64,000 bases of DNA. Origin: Eledone cirrhosa. Lineage: Eukaryota. Position numbers and translations under genes: made by a program. The stretch lies in assembly GCA_964016885.1 (NCBI GenBank), contig OZ024740.1, positions 330,336,001-330,400,000 of the forward strand, read 5' to 3'. The notes under the pieces were generated by a model. The model was not told where the DNA came from and searched no databases. It worked only from the letters and a program-made list of their open reading frames with translations. Numbering within the stretch: position 1 is the first letter of the stretch; every line of letters starts with the position of its first letter. Of the stretch, positions 39,996-53,987 are shown piece by piece.

Positions 39996-42309
39996 CCACT
40001 AAATAAATTAAAAAAAATATGTATATGTGCATTATGCAAAGTGATGTAACTTATCTATGAACGAGTATATAAATAGAAACATAGTAGAGCTGTCTTAAAA
40101 ATGAGGTGGTGATTACTTCGACTGTGGAAGTAAGGTGTAAAGACGCCGACTGAGGAAGGAATGGATTAAGCTGATGACTGATGAAGGAAGGGGTGATATC
40201 ATCGGTAAGGATGGCAGCGTCCAATATTCGCTACACCTGTGTGTGCATACCTATAGCGAATTTGCCTCACATATTGGTTGTTATGATTATGTGAGTGTTC
40301 GTGGGTTGCATATGTGTTTGTGAAAATTATATTAATATATAATATTTGTGTGAGCGAATATGTGTTTGGGTATATTTCGTTGGAAAGATACATAGGCAAT
40401 ATAATTACAAGCACACACTAATCTACACATGTATATATATATAAACAGACTCACTTAGAACAAATAATTATTATGAAACGATGTATACAGGCTACGAAAT
40501 AAAGCATGATTGGAACGTGAAGAGTATGCATAATATGCGTGGTATTGAAATTTGTAAGCATGCTGGTTCCCCAAAGAGGCCCTGGTCTCCATATTGTTTT
40601 CTTTAGTCCTGATATATGACTATAGTAACCTTGCATCTTATTTTCGTATGTACGCCACAATTTATTTTGTTATTCTTTCTGCATCAATATGGTTTATTCT
40701 GTCTAATTAAAAGAACAACTTTATATGAAATATAATTTCCCTGACATGTCTGATTGACTATTCGTTGATGGCTTCATTAAAATAGAAGTAAATGATAGTT
40801 ATATAAGTGGAAGATAATAGACCTACAATAGATAGAGAACAGTAAATAATAGATAAAGAACAGCAAATATTTTAATGTAACAAATTATGAATAAAATGGA
40901 AAAAAGTTTATTTCTTTGCTTTTAATATATAACTAAGACAAAAGATGATTTTATTAAAATGGTCTGCTACATTATCCCCAGCGGCTATTGTATGTGTTAA
41001 TAGCAATAATGTTCCACTAATGTATTGGGGGAAACCCTATGAATAGGAAACGCTGTGGATTATTAAAAAAGAGTATAATACATCTGCAATGAAATAATAG
41101 TCTTGTTTCAATCAGGCAATATATTTTGTTATAATAACTAACATTTTTTTAAATTGCACATCAATTTTCATATGATTATACGCAAACATTATGTTTCGCC
41201 TACGATTCTATATATACATTGCATTTGTAATAATTTTAAATTAAATTGCATTCAATTATCTTCACAGATGAATGTAATGTTCTTATTTAGAAGTCAAAAT
41301 ACTAACGGTATCATTGTTAGTTTATTGCAAATGTACAATACATTCTGCACTATATTATTTTATTTTCAATGTGAAACTGTTACAATGAAAAAAGTGAATG
41401 AAAGCCGAGAGGAATTTATTCATGTTTACGAATCGCTGCATGATTTCTATATTTAATTGATTATGATATGCCGTAACATAAATTCGGCACCATTAACTAT
41501 GTCCGTTACAATAATGGAAGCAATAAAAGTAAGTAACAACAACACCAACACCAACAACAACAACATAATATTTTTAGCGACACCAGAAACGCTGCTTCAT
41601 TCGGGGTTTTTTGTCCAATTTTACATATTTACACCGACTACGATCGGCCAAATATAATATCATTGTTTTCTGTAAGTGAAAAGACAGCTGTAAAAGTCCA
41701 TATATTTTCCCGCATACGTATTTCCTCCTTTTGATGGCCGTTCCAAAGATTATATTCTCGTAACTGCAAGAAAAATATTCAAAAGGGCCTGTTTAAATTT
41801 TGAGCCGAAAGCGGAATCAGATTTCAACTCTTCAACCTGCTGCTAGTAGAAATAACTCCAGGGTTTAATTAGGCGTACAGAACAAATCACAGACAAAAAC
41901 TAACAGAACAATACCTCGTTGTAATGGCGAGAAAATTTAACCATAACAAAACATAATATTAGCAGCAACAACACCCAAATACTCAATCCCCAACACAATC
42001 ACTATGTTGTTTCTACTGTCATTGTCATATCTGATTGCCTATATCTCAGCAGAAGGGCACGTAAGATTCGTGACATGGATGTGACTCGCCCTGCTTTGAG
42101 TGTAAGGCGTTATGTGCAAAACAGTTGCTTGAGAGTGTGGATATTCTCTGATGCATTTCTGGTGTCCAGCTTTCCTGGGTGTTTCATACCACAAAATTTG
42201 TAAACTGTTTTAGCTCTACATTAACCTGCTCCTATTTCACTCATTGTTTAACGAATTGCATTTTACGGTAATTTCTTAAACAATCGTACATATATACTCA
42301 CAAGACAAC

Positions 42310-42422
42310 GCACGTGGCCTGGTGGTAAATGTTTCGTTCTCGCTATCATAAAGCCGTGATTTCGTTTCTATGACCAAACGGTATATATTGTTATTGAGCA
42401 TTACGTTTCATTTAACATTGCT
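42310..42422 (+). mobile_element. highly degenerate tRNA-derived SINE (same type as 46930-47022)
   Basis: A-box-like TGGCCTGGTGG, eroded B-box and TTGAGCA..TTTCATTTAACATTGCT. Confidence 0.45.
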
Positions 42423-42687
42423 TTTTAATGATACGACTGGGAAGCTTTGAGAAACCTTAGAGGATGCCAGGTAAACCTGCATAGTTTAGAGTTTGAGTAT
42501 AATATTGATTTTTTATTTGAATAAAATGTATCATTTTTTACAAGAATATTTCTATGTGTAAAAGTAATTACTTTTCGCTGTCACAGAATGTATGTTTAAA
42601 GGAATATTGGAATCATAAAACAAGGAATTTATATATTCCAAGAGGCAGCGTGTTTGACACGTTGCCTACTCCTGGTAACACGTTGTT

Positions 42688-42887
42688 NNNNNNNNNNNNN
42701 NNNNNNNNNNNNNNNNNNNNNNNNNNNNNNNNNNNNNNNNNNNNNNNNNNNNNNNNNNNNNNNNNNNNNNNNNNNNNNNNNNNNNNNNNNNNNNNNNNNN
42801 NNNNNNNNNNNNNNNNNNNNNNNNNNNNNNNNNNNNNNNNNNNNNNNNNNNNNNNNNNNNNNNNNNNNNNNNNNNNNNNNNNNNNNN
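42688..42887. other. assembly gap (200 N)
   Basis: Run of N. Confidence 1.
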
Positions 42888-43047
42888 CGAAATATTGGAA
42901 AATTAATCTCCCATGAGCAGATGTCTGATGTCTATAGCATATATTTTTGAATGTATAGCACACACCCATACACAGTGACACTAACACGTGACCATCTATA
43001 GACTCAAAATCAAGCACATGCATATATATATGCATGTAAATACATAC

Positions 43048-43128
<81 letters not shown>

Positions 43129-43527
43129 TACATATAATCAAATGAACGTAATAACTTGTAGTTAAGTCTAGTATACATCTACAAAATTAGCATCAGAGAG
43201 ATAACTGTATTCATACTGTATACACAGTATGTAGCTATCAAATATTTAAGGAAGATATCATAATATTAATATTCCGTGACATTTTTCATGAAACTTCATT
43301 CAGACATGTTGAAAATACATACATAATTTATGGCTGGGTAACAGCTATTGTGTATATTGAAACTGTGTAGGCTATGACATCTGAGGTTGCGAAATTATCT
43401 CTTTCTTTAATGTCTGTTTGTTAACTCTCACACAGCACACACTCACACAGACAGGCACACATACAAACGCACATACACGATCGCATACACACTCACACAC
43501 ATGTATACATCTCTCTCTGTATATATA

Positions 43528-43579
<52 letters not shown>

Positions 43580-43615
43580 ATATTAACAAATGGAAACTAT
43601 AATTAAAACCATATT

Positions 43616-43681
43616 TATTTCATTATACATATTTCAGGGGCCACCAAGGCAAATTATGGTGCGCTTTCATCAGATAAAATA
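43616..43681 (-). ncRNA. type I hammerhead ribozyme (mirror copy)
   Basis: Reverse complement has the same core, with one mismatch at the base of stem II (CCT instead of CTT). Confidence 0.6.
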
Positions 43682-43798
43682 CAATATAGGTTAGTTTCAT
43701 TGACATACCCTGGTTGGTTGCATTTTATTGACATACCCTGGAATGGTTGCATTTTTTCAGGGCATGACAACATTTATTTATAAAACTAACCTTTATTA

Positions 43799-43864
43799 TA
43801 TTTTATCTGATGAAAGCGCACCATAATTTGCCTTGGTGGCCCTTGAAATATGTATAATGAAATA
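43799..43864 (+). ncRNA. type I hammerhead ribozyme (minimal, Penelope-type)
   Basis: TATTTTAT-CTGATGA-AAG..CACCA..TGGTG..CTT-GAAATA-TG-TAT-A-ATGAAATA. 8 bp stem I, interrupted stem II, 3 bp stem III, AUA cleavage triplet at 43854-43856. Confidence 0.72.
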
Positions 43865-44074
43865 AATATGGTTTTATAAATATAGTTTTTATTTGTTAAT
43901 ATATTGTATATTTACTCCAATAATTTGTTGAGTGCTTTATATCAGTTATAAAAATATTTTGCTTGTTGTATCCCAACAAATTAAATATAACCTCTATATA
44001 TATATATATATATTTACATATACATACATACAGAGAAACATATATATACACTTAAACATATTCCAATTTAAGTA

Positions 44075-44262
44075 AATAATTGTTTCTACTTTAGGCACAC
44101 GGCCAGCAATTACTCAATGCATTACTGGTACTTTATTTTATCGACTCCGTAAGGATGAAAGGCAAAGTCTACCTCGGCGGGATTTGAACTCAGATCGTAA
44201 AGGGACGTAACTATGCTGGAAAGCATGGCGTCCGACCCTCTACCGATACTGCCAATCCAGCG
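44075..44262 (-). mobile_element. Meta-like tRNA SINE, full length
   Basis: Reverse complement of 813-1010. Candidate TSD GTAAATAAT at 44072-44080 and 44265-44273. Confidence 0.85.
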
Positions 44263-45815
44263 GGGTAAATAATAACTACTAATATCATTAGAAGGCAGCT
44301 ACCTCAAACGTATTTCCATTATTTGCAGTGGGCACCCGAAATAAGGAGATATTAAATTACTGTTTCAGATCAGTTAGCGATATATATATATTATAGGAAA
44401 TCAACATAGCATTTCACAGTGAGAATTTCTATTTTTATCGTCTATTAAGTGTATAAGGTCTGACAACATCTCTCATATTCTATACGTGGATACGTTTATA
44501 TTAAATGCGAACTGCTTGGGAGAAAGTTGTGTATTATATGTTACAAATCATTTATTACATATTGTAAGCTGTTCTATATAACCTGACTAAAATGTTATGG
44601 TTGTTTTACTGTTTACAGAAGCCGTGTTTCTATTCTGTCGAAATAATGTTTTGATAGTTCTGGAAATAGCGAGGATCAAACATTAATTGTGACTGATTTG
44701 CCTACTTCGTAGTGCTTTAATCAGTATTCGTTTGAGAAATATAAACACCACATTCAGATGGAGAGTGTTAAACATGATATTAAACAAAGTGTATAACATA
44801 AGTCCATCTGATGTTTAATGGACATTTTTTATGACTATTTATGCTTGATCTAAATAATATGGCTATAATGGCAGTGCGAACATTGAAATGTACGGGGGTG
44901 GGGTTGGTTACATTAAGCTATGTAAATGAAACACACTGCGCCCCTTATTCCCAGCAAAATATTTGTTCGAGCTGACAAGATTGTATACCCTCTAAACAAA
45001 CAAACAACCCTGACATTTATCTGTCCTAACATTTAATATCAATCTTTGAATATAAACATATACAAAGGTATGTTGGCAATAAAAATCAAGAAGTAATTTA
45101 AAATATGATGCACTCAATTGAACACCGTATTTTCCGCCATAGCAATAACATATCCGCCACAGGTCCTCTATGTATTTCTGAAAATTGAAGTTCTAAATAA
45201 ATTCTGAGATTTTGTTTCAATAGATATTAAAACCCATGAAGCATATATTATAACATATAACAATAATAAAATTTAACAATGCTTTATATTTAAACATTTC
45301 TTTACTGGTTTCAGACCCTCCAGTAATTCCAATATTCGTTACTAGCTTCGAGTCTTTTTTATTGGATCATATCGTACGTATTTCCTACATCACTCCTGCA
45401 TTTATTTCATTATTGAAATCTGTAGACTCGTTAAAACAGATGTATCGTGGCATATCGATATAACTCAATGGAATTCATAAACATACATATACACACATGG
45501 AAATATATATTTCACTTGTCTTCCATTAAGATGCCATTTTCATTATTCCATGCATGTGGCATATGCCAGCCGAGGGATCATTATAAGATGTATGGCCAAT
45601 ATGAAAGACAGTGTGATCGAGCAAGTAACCGCCATATGGCCGTAGTTGGATTCTTACCTTGACAGTGTGTTTTGGTGGGATGACAGATTTAGGGACATGA
45701 AGTATTTGCTGTAATAGTTTATATCTTTATATGGGAGAAGATTATTAATGTAATAATAGCCAAGATATTTAGGAAAGTACACCACTTATGCACGCTTACA
45801 TAGCAAACATACACG

Positions 45816-45857
<42 letters not shown>

Positions 45858-45890
45858 GCACACACAAACCTATATACACATACACACACG

Positions 45891-45955
<65 letters not shown>

Positions 45956-46229
45956 CATACTCTGTCTGTAAATCATGTTCTTGCACTGCTTGTGAATTGA
46001 TGTATCTATGCTTGGTTTGTTTTTTGATCATGCTGAGTAACACCATCATTCATTTCCTGCTCTTCTCTCTCAACCTCCTTAGGATCTATTGCACCATTTA
46101 TGTGATAAACCTTTGACGTAATTGTTTATGACATTATATATATCATGCATTGTGTGCCCCCCTTGTCCTACTTGTCCTTCTTCTTTGTTCTGGTGACTAG
46201 GCTCGATGGAGCCTGCAACCTTTGATATA

Positions 46230-46296
46230 CTTTTGTTTATAGGCTCTGATGAATCCTGCTCTAGGGTGTGGATGAAACACTGTTAGCAAATAAAAG
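46230..46296 (+). ncRNA. type I hammerhead ribozyme (minimal)
   Basis: CTTTTGTTT-atag-GCT-CTGATGA-ATCC..GGAT-GAAAC-act-GTT-AGC-AAATAAAAG. Bulged stem I (3+9 bp), stem II ATCC/GGAT, 2 bp stem III. Confidence 0.7.
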
Positions 46297-46335
46297 AATG
46301 TATTTCTAAGCACTATTTGGTTGTTCGTAACTTAT

Positions 46336-46885
46336 ATATCTATCTATATATCTATATATATATATATATAAATGCAAGTTTATGATTCTGTGTGTCCGCC
46401 TAGGAAACTACCGGACCAAACACCTCAAAATCACATGTACATATTCACTATACACTCGGAGAGGTAACAGTCGAAAGAGTTTTATTTTGCAAAGCAAGGA
46501 ATTCATTTAAATTCAATTTATCTTATTTTCTAATGAATATAAAGAGATCATCCATTTTGTTTTTTTTATATTCTCCAGTCTGTAAGAGAGTGAGGGATGG
46601 GAGAGAGAAAGAGAAAAATACTAAGGGATGAGAGAGAAAGAGTGAGAGTGGGAGATGGAAGAGAGAGTAAGGGGATGAGAGAGAAAGAGATAGAGTGAGT
46701 GGATGGGAGAGAGCGTAAGGGGATGTGACAGAGAAAGAAAGAGAGTAAGGGATTAGAGAGAAAGAGAGGGAGTGGGAGATGGGAGGCAGAAAGCGGAAGG
46801 GGATGTGAGAGAGAAAGAAAGAGAGAGAGTGGGCGATTGGAGAGAGAGAGAGTAAGGGGATGTGAGAGAGAAAGAAAGAGAGTTG
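46336..46885. mobile_element. Helentron/HINE-like non-autonomous element remnant with (GA)-rich internal repeat
   Basis: ATCTATATATATAAA..CTGTGTGTCC terminus typical of HINE/DINE-1-like elements (from memory). GAGAGAAAGAGAGAGTAAGGGGATG-type repeats at 46585-46882. Confidence 0.45.
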
Positions 46886-46929
46886 GTCTTTCCAATTGTT
46901 AATAGTGTCTATCGGTCGCAACTCCAGGT

Positions 46930-47022
46930 AGAAGGAGCAACGTGAAATAAAGTGTCTTGCTCAAGGACATAATGCATCATCCGGTCCAGGAATCGAACTC
47001 ACAACCTCACGATTGCGAATCC
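46930..47022 (-). mobile_element. tRNA-derived SINE fragment with CORE/V-type domain
   Basis: Reverse complement has B-box GTTCGATTCC followed by TGTCCTTGAGCAAGACACTT. Confidence 0.75.
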
Positions 47023-47640
47023 GTGGCTTCACCCATTTGTCATTCCATATATGAAAATATTTGTATAGAATATGACATTTTACATATGTTAATATATAAA
47101 TGACCATCATCGATCCATGTATCTTCGTAAACACTCGATAACATATAATATAAAATGTATCAAAGCGATATTTTAATGGCATAAGTGGATGATGTAGCAA
47201 AGGACAATTTATGTGATATAATCCACAAGTAGTAAATGTGATATTCAATTCGTCACTTATAATACATGTGAGCTGGGTTTCTGGTTTGAAACAATTCATT
47301 TTCAATTAGATACAATATAGAGGTTTGACATGAAATCTGTTCCTGGTTTATATTACAGGGATACAAGCCACAATATCAAAGTATTCAAACTGTTCTCTCT
47401 CGGTCAAACAGAATGACACTGATCAAAATGATATCATATAAAAAGATACGAATCTTTGACCCATCGAAACTATAGATACGTGCTCACACAGACAGAAACA
47501 AATAGACAGACACACACCTATATATGTACACACACACACACTACAGAGAAACACACAAACGCATGTATATAAATATATATATAAGTATGCATATTATATA
47601 TATATATTATATTATATTATATATATATATATATAAAATA

Positions 47641-48262
47641 TTACTAATTATATCTAAATGTTCCTTCTCTCTTCATAATGTATTTTTAACTCTGATACTG
47701 GTTCAGTCTAATTCAACCGGATTGGTCTGTCCCAGTCATTCATCGAGCAACATCGGTAAGGTTGGCACCATTAACTCACGGATGGGTGTGGATGCATTCA
47801 TGTATATGTGTGTGTCCGCATGTGTCTGTGTGTTTCTAAATATATTGTTCATAACTCCCTCTGGTCGAGTAATCTTTGAAGTGTGGTGACTGCTGGAAAG
47901 CTGCCATTACTCATAGTTCTCGTCTCCTTCACCACCTCTTCTACGGCTTCGATATGAATACCCCTCCGCCTCCGTGGTATTTTCTTCGGGGTTATAAGAG
48001 GCTTAGCTCTGTTTCTCGAGCGTTATATCGCGTGACTATCTCCCCCTCCGCCTTTTGGGATTCTTTTTCACGTCGTGTAGACGCGTTCTTGAGGCTGGAA
48101 AAACGAGGTATCCTCTTGATAAGTCGGCAGACCTCGCAGAGACTCTATATCTTTATGATTGTTTTTGTTTATGCCACGAAACTACGTAGTCGAGAAATCT
48201 AGGAGCAGTTTAGGTATGATAGATTTTATTACTAATTATATCTAAATGTTCCTTCTCTCTTC

Positions 48263-48267
<5 letters not shown>
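47641..48267. mobile_element. unclassified element with 39 bp terminal direct repeats in (TA)n
   Basis: TTACTAATTATATCTAAATGTTCCTTCTCTCTTCATAAT at 47641-47679 and 48229-48267. Confidence 0.65.
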
Positions 48268-48361
<94 letters not shown>

Positions 48362-48720
48362 ATAGTGAAATTAATGTGAGCAAGAAGCCAACAGTAATTC
48401 ATGCATATAAGTGACTATTACTTCAAGATGCGAAAAGCGTCCTGCGCTGTTTGTTGTTTCCCCCACCCCGGAAAAACCCCCAGTTGATGGTGTGAATCCG
48501 AAATATATAGGGACTATTAAATCTCTCCCAAAGTAACTCTCTCTCGTGTTGTTATTTTTATTTTCTCTTTTATACTCTTTCCTTCATTCTTCTACACATC
48601 TCATACACACCACGCATCTCAACGTACACCCACTTACATCTCTCTCCCCACCACCGGATCTTGTTACCCGGAGATTTACCTATTTGCATTGTCAAGGCTT
48701 CCAAACGACTTAAAGATATT

Positions 48721-48765
<45 letters not shown>

Positions 48766-49000
48766 ACTTGGCGAGCTATTTAGAACACTGGTTTAACCGC
48801 TATATTTCCCTCCGGAGAAGAGATATTATCTCGAAAATTAAGGACATTTAAATAAAGTAAAAGACAAATTGTCAACAATATATTTTCCATTTGCATTCTT
48901 TATTCTATGTCCATAGCTGCATTGTTTTGGCTTTATTATACATATACAAACGAACGTTTATACCTCATTACACAATGCTTCAAGTGGACTATAACTTCCT

Positions 49001-49052
<52 letters not shown>

Positions 49053-49124
49053 GATAAGTTATTCCTGGTTGAATCGGGGGTAACCACAGTAAGTAAGGTA
49101 CTCAATACATAGCAGAGTATATAT

Positions 49125-49190
<66 letters not shown>

Positions 49191-49194
<4 letters not shown>

Positions 49195-49340
49195 TACTTA
49201 GGGAGGGTCATATTTGTGTAATATTGCCAGAATTAATAACAGAACACACTCACTGTTTGGTTTGTTTTCGCTTCTCGCTGTCTTTTATATCTGCAATCTA
49301 ACTTACTCGGTCCTCAATGTTGCCATTGACTGACCGACGT
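49191..49340. mobile_element. second copy of the 31970-32120 repeat
   Basis: Near-identical sequence, again starting right after (TA)n. Confidence 0.75.
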
Positions 49341-50547
49341 GCATGTCTACGTGCGTTTAGGTTTCTTTGTGGGTTGCGTTCGTGTCGTGAATACGACATA
49401 TTTCTCTCGAGAAAAAGAGCGTATAAGGCGGAAAATATATTTGAAGTAACACTGGTACTGTTAATTTACCCATTGCCCCAACTATTGAATTTCTACTCGC
49501 ACCGAACCACAAACTCAGTTATAATTCTGGCCCTAATCATACCTGAATTCCAGTATTAGACCATAACCACAAACACTATCACCCACCATCTCATTAAAAT
49601 CAACAAAATCATTCCCATAAAAATATGCGTGTGTATGTACGTGGGTGAAATTGTGTGTGCACGTCTATTCTTTTGTCCTATAGGTTAAGTCTACATACGC
49701 TAATGCATATGCAATTAAATTCATTTCAGCTGTGAACAACCTATTGGTTTAGAACTAAACATACCATATCATACAATATATTCTACCCCTGTTTAAAAAC
49801 CTCAGTATTATATTTCATGCGGTGTCAATAGATTTTTCGGGCTACTCAGCCGAATACGAACAAGCGTTCTCCATGACATACATGTATGTTTATATCCATA
49901 GCATTCAAGACAATATTGATCTCATTACATTGAACTAAAGTAAAGTGCGTTCTATTTGAAGTTTCCAATATACATTTAAATAAATATAACCAATCCAATT
50001 AATTTTGAATTGAACTGAATATTTTGTGCGAAATTTTTGTACAGTCTCCTTCGATGTCTTTTATTAAGAAGGTATGACGTCTTCAAAGGAGATATTTTTA
50101 ACAAGTAGGATTATTTTCAGCACGCTGACGCGTATATGTTTAGGTGTTTGCTGTGCGTGTGTGTGCATATGCATACATATATATGTATGAGTATATAAAT
50201 ATAAATGCGCAAACACAGACACACTTACAAAAATACACACTGAAAGCCATACAAAAAAAACAAAAACGCATATACATTCGCACACACATATACATTCACA
50301 GAAACACACAGGCATACAATTACACAAACACCCACATACACTTACAAACACACACAGCGTAGTTTAACCATCCGTTCCTTCCTTTTACACACACATACAT
50401 TTAAGCAGGCAGCAGACGTAAAGAGAGAGGAGTAGTATGAGGTAGTATGAGTAGTATTAGTAGTTTGATACTCCCCGCACTTTACGTGCTGACAGAATCG
50501 CAGTATTTTATATATAGATGAAATTATTTAAAATCTCATAGCTACAA

Positions 50548-50595
<48 letters not shown>

Positions 50596-51584
50596 TGCCC
50601 CATAGCCTCAGTCTCTCGGCTGGAACATCTTCTATATATATATATGTGAGTGTGTGTGTGTTTATATATATATATATATATATATTAGCTCATGTTGAAT
50701 AATCGAAATAATCTCCTTATATATCATTACCCCTATACAATACATGGGGTATGTTACTGGACATTCTAACATTCTTCAACATTTCGATACCTATCAATCC
50801 ACGTAATGCATAATGCAGTAGCCAGGAACATGTGAACGGTAAAACCTTGAATGAACAAGTTTGTATATCTATCAAACTAATAGTTCGTATGATATAAACA
50901 TAAACGACGATGCAGAGACGAAATATAGACTAAAATAGTAGGTAACATAATTTTTATAGAAATACACTTGTAGCATACGACACTTTGTATTAAAATGTAA
51001 GATATGAAGAACGACATATATAGCAATTTATATATTCATCCCGATCTGCTTGAATATAGTTTGGTTAAATGATAAGAATTAAAGCATTATGTTTTTGTCA
51101 CATATTCACTTTGAACATTCAGCAGATGACTATAAAAGAAAGACTGCGAATCTTTTTCTAGTGTTAGTTTCCTTTCATAACGAACAATGCCGCTAAATCC
51201 CGGTAATAGATATTCTAGAATTAGAATATTGCATAAAATCATGCTGAATTGGCTACAGTGCCTCCGAGACTGCTGCCGGAAGGCGGATTTCAAACAATGC
51301 TGATTTCTCACACTGTTACGATACATTTCAATAGGTATTCAATCGTTTCTAATAGAGCGAAATCCACCGGAAATAATGTAATAATGCTGATACATCAAGT
51401 TGGAAAGATCATTTTGTCCTTTTTACCTGGAATGTTAGAAGAACAATTTCAGCGTAATATGTTCGCAAATACTTAATTCAATATGGGTGATTTCTGTAAT
51501 CCGACAAACTACAAAAAACATGCAATTTCATGAGATGATGAAGTATTAAATTAAGTGTATTGTTGGAATGTGTAAATGCTATCA

Positions 51585-52870
51585 ACGTCTTCAACTATGT
51601 CCATTCTTCCTGGGTCAATAGAATAAATAACTCTAATATACATCATAGAATTTTCTCTCAGCTAGAAACTACTATATTTTGCCTTTAATCAATTTCTATT
51701 TTAAAGAAATACCAGGGATCAGATAGCAGATAATGCCACGTGTAGTTATTTCTTCTAATTTATACTGAAAAGAGCATTTTGTTTGTTAAAATAGAACTAG
51801 AATTCATAATCAACAACGAAGATTGTGATTATTTGCCCATAGTGGTAAACTTGACAAAAGAACTTTTGAACTCTGAATAACGGAAGAAATTTTGGTGAAC
51901 GCATTTATCAAAATATTTTTCATATGGAGAAACGAGAAAACAAATTTCCAAGGTAGTTGCTTCACTTTAAAATTAATTATATGAATCTTTTGAAACTATA
52001 TATGTAATGCGTTGGAAGTTTCGCTGTACATTATTCCTAAACAGTTTTCGGCTTACATATGAATGGGTACATCATCGGCCTCACTTGCCTCGTGTCATTA
52101 ATACATTCCTAGAGAAGGGACTTGCGAATATGTTCACCTCTCTGAGCACCACACTTGTATTTGGAACTTCCCATCCACCGTATAAATTTATAGCCGCTGT
52201 CCATTCCGCTGGAATATTTTAGAGGAAACTCCGATTATATCGTACCGGTAGCGTCTGGTTTCCTCTACTGGTTCCTGCTTTTAAATTCCGTTCTGCGGGC
52301 GAAAAAGACTTGTTCGTCCCATCCGAAGAAAGGAGAAGGTTATAAAACACGACTTAGTAATAAATACTCACTCTTGCAATTACTATGGAGGGCGCCAAAC
52401 TTTATAGCAGAGTGAGTACAAGTGTGAAGCTTAAGACATGAAAAGACATTGGATTGAAGCTGGAATCAGACGTAAAATCGACAAATAAAATATTATGGTA
52501 CACCATCCACTGACTCCGTAATAACCATGCTCGCCTGCTTTCGGGACCTCGCCTAAAGATAGGTGCATCCTCACGAGATGTAGAGAAAAAATGCTATCTC
52601 CGTCTTCAAGTATGTCAACCCTTCCTGGGTCAATAGAATAAATAACTTTAATATACATCAATAAAATGTTCTACCAGCTAGAAACTATTACATTTTGCTT
52701 TTAATCAATTTCTATTTTAAAGAAATGCCAGTGATGAGATAGCAGATGATGCGATATGGATTTATTTCTTCTTTTTTATACTGGAAAGAGCCATAATATT
52801 TTGTTTGTTAAAATTGTGCTAGAATTCAAAATCATCAACGAATATTATGATCATTTGCCCATAGTGGATA
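51585..52870. repeat. diverged ~270 bp direct duplication (51585-51850 and 52600-52870)
   Basis: Shared CTTCCTGGGTCAATAGAATAAATAACT, TTTAATCAATTTCTATTTTAAAGAAAT and TTTGCCCATAGTGG. Confidence 0.85.
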
Positions 52871-53673
52871 AATTAGTGAGATGCGATAGCTACATTAAAT
52901 TAATTTCATTATCGCAGACAAATTTTCTTTACTTTATCATTTGAATACCGATTCTATCTTTGGAGAGACATCACGTAGATTGCCAAAGCTGTGTGTTCGG
53001 CGACAAAACGCTTAATTGTCTACCATTAAAAAAAGGTTTATCTCAGTAATAACTGACTCATATAATATTAATCCATTCTAAAATCAACAAGTTAATCAGC
53101 ATAGATTTTTCATTTACCCTCTTGACCTCCCTCCCTGGCTCCCACTCACTCTCTCTCCCATATATATATATATATTTACGAAGGAAGTAGAGGGTTGGCC
53201 ACTTACTTAGAATTCGTTAGGAAAACGTCTCAAAATTGTGGAATATGAGAAAAGACAAGAGAGGTAGAAAGGAAGGAAAAGAGGATGAAAAAGAGGAAAG
53301 AAGGGAAAATAAAGAGGGTGGCCAGAAAATAATGAAGAAAGCATAAAAGAAAAAAGGAATTTAAATGAAAGAAAATGACATATTGCACAATCATGTATGT
53401 GTGTGAAAACAATGCACATTCTCTCTATCACTAAACAGCATCACCCCCCCCTCCGTATTCTCAGGAATTTATTGCCATTGACTGTACTTCTACCCAAGCT
53501 AGCCATAGACCGCTACTTCAAGAATACACCCATTATGTATTTTACCATGTATACATCACTACTCTCATTTGTCGTATTCCAGGTTGCTGTGCCACAGACT
53601 ATTAATATATATATATATATATCGATGTCTAGGTTCACTTCTGTATCGAGGTGTAGAGCTAAGCAGAGTGTAT

Positions 53674-53948
53674 TATAATAAAATAAACAAGGACGAGTGG
53701 TTTCTTCTACGTTTTTGGTTGGTGACGCGCGTTTCGCCACTGATCAGCTCAAGGTTTGATGTGCATCGTCAGACCCCTTTTAATGGGTCTGGTGTGTATC
53801 GTCAGACCCCATTAAATGGGGTCTGATGAGCCGTGGATTACAGAGTCGGGCTAGATCGATACAGATCCAACCCTGAGCTGACCAGTGGCGAAATGAGCGT
53901 CACCAACCAATAAACGCAATGAAAGAGTAACGACTCGTCCTTGTTTGA

Positions 53949-53958
<10 letters not shown>
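53674..53958. repeat. fold-back element with hammerhead motifs
   Basis: 53674-53768 is the reverse complement of about 53857-53958. Central hairpins such as TCGTCAGACCCCATT-A-AATGGGGTCTGATGA. Confidence 0.85.
53820..53904 (+). ncRNA. type I hammerhead ribozyme with long stem II
   Basis: GGT-CTGATGA-GCC...GGC-GAAA-TGAGC-GTC-ACC. The mirror arm keeps GAAAC-GCGC-GTC (palindromic stem III). Confidence 0.65.

Positions 53959-53987
<29 letters not shown>

Larger units (their letters stand above)
43572..43910. repeat. ~340 bp fold-back element with a hammerhead motif in each arm
   Basis: 43572-43699 is the reverse complement of 43783-43910. The centre has a ~28 bp tandem duplication. Confidence 0.9.

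Noticed and set aside
42554-43089. ORFs spanning the N gap
   Set aside because: Artefacts of undetermined bases.
48790-48850. Hammerhead-like CCGGAGA-AGAGAT-ATT-ATCTC-GAAA (and GAAATATATAGGG near 48500)
   Set aside because: The core deviates at two or more invariant positions, too degenerate to call.
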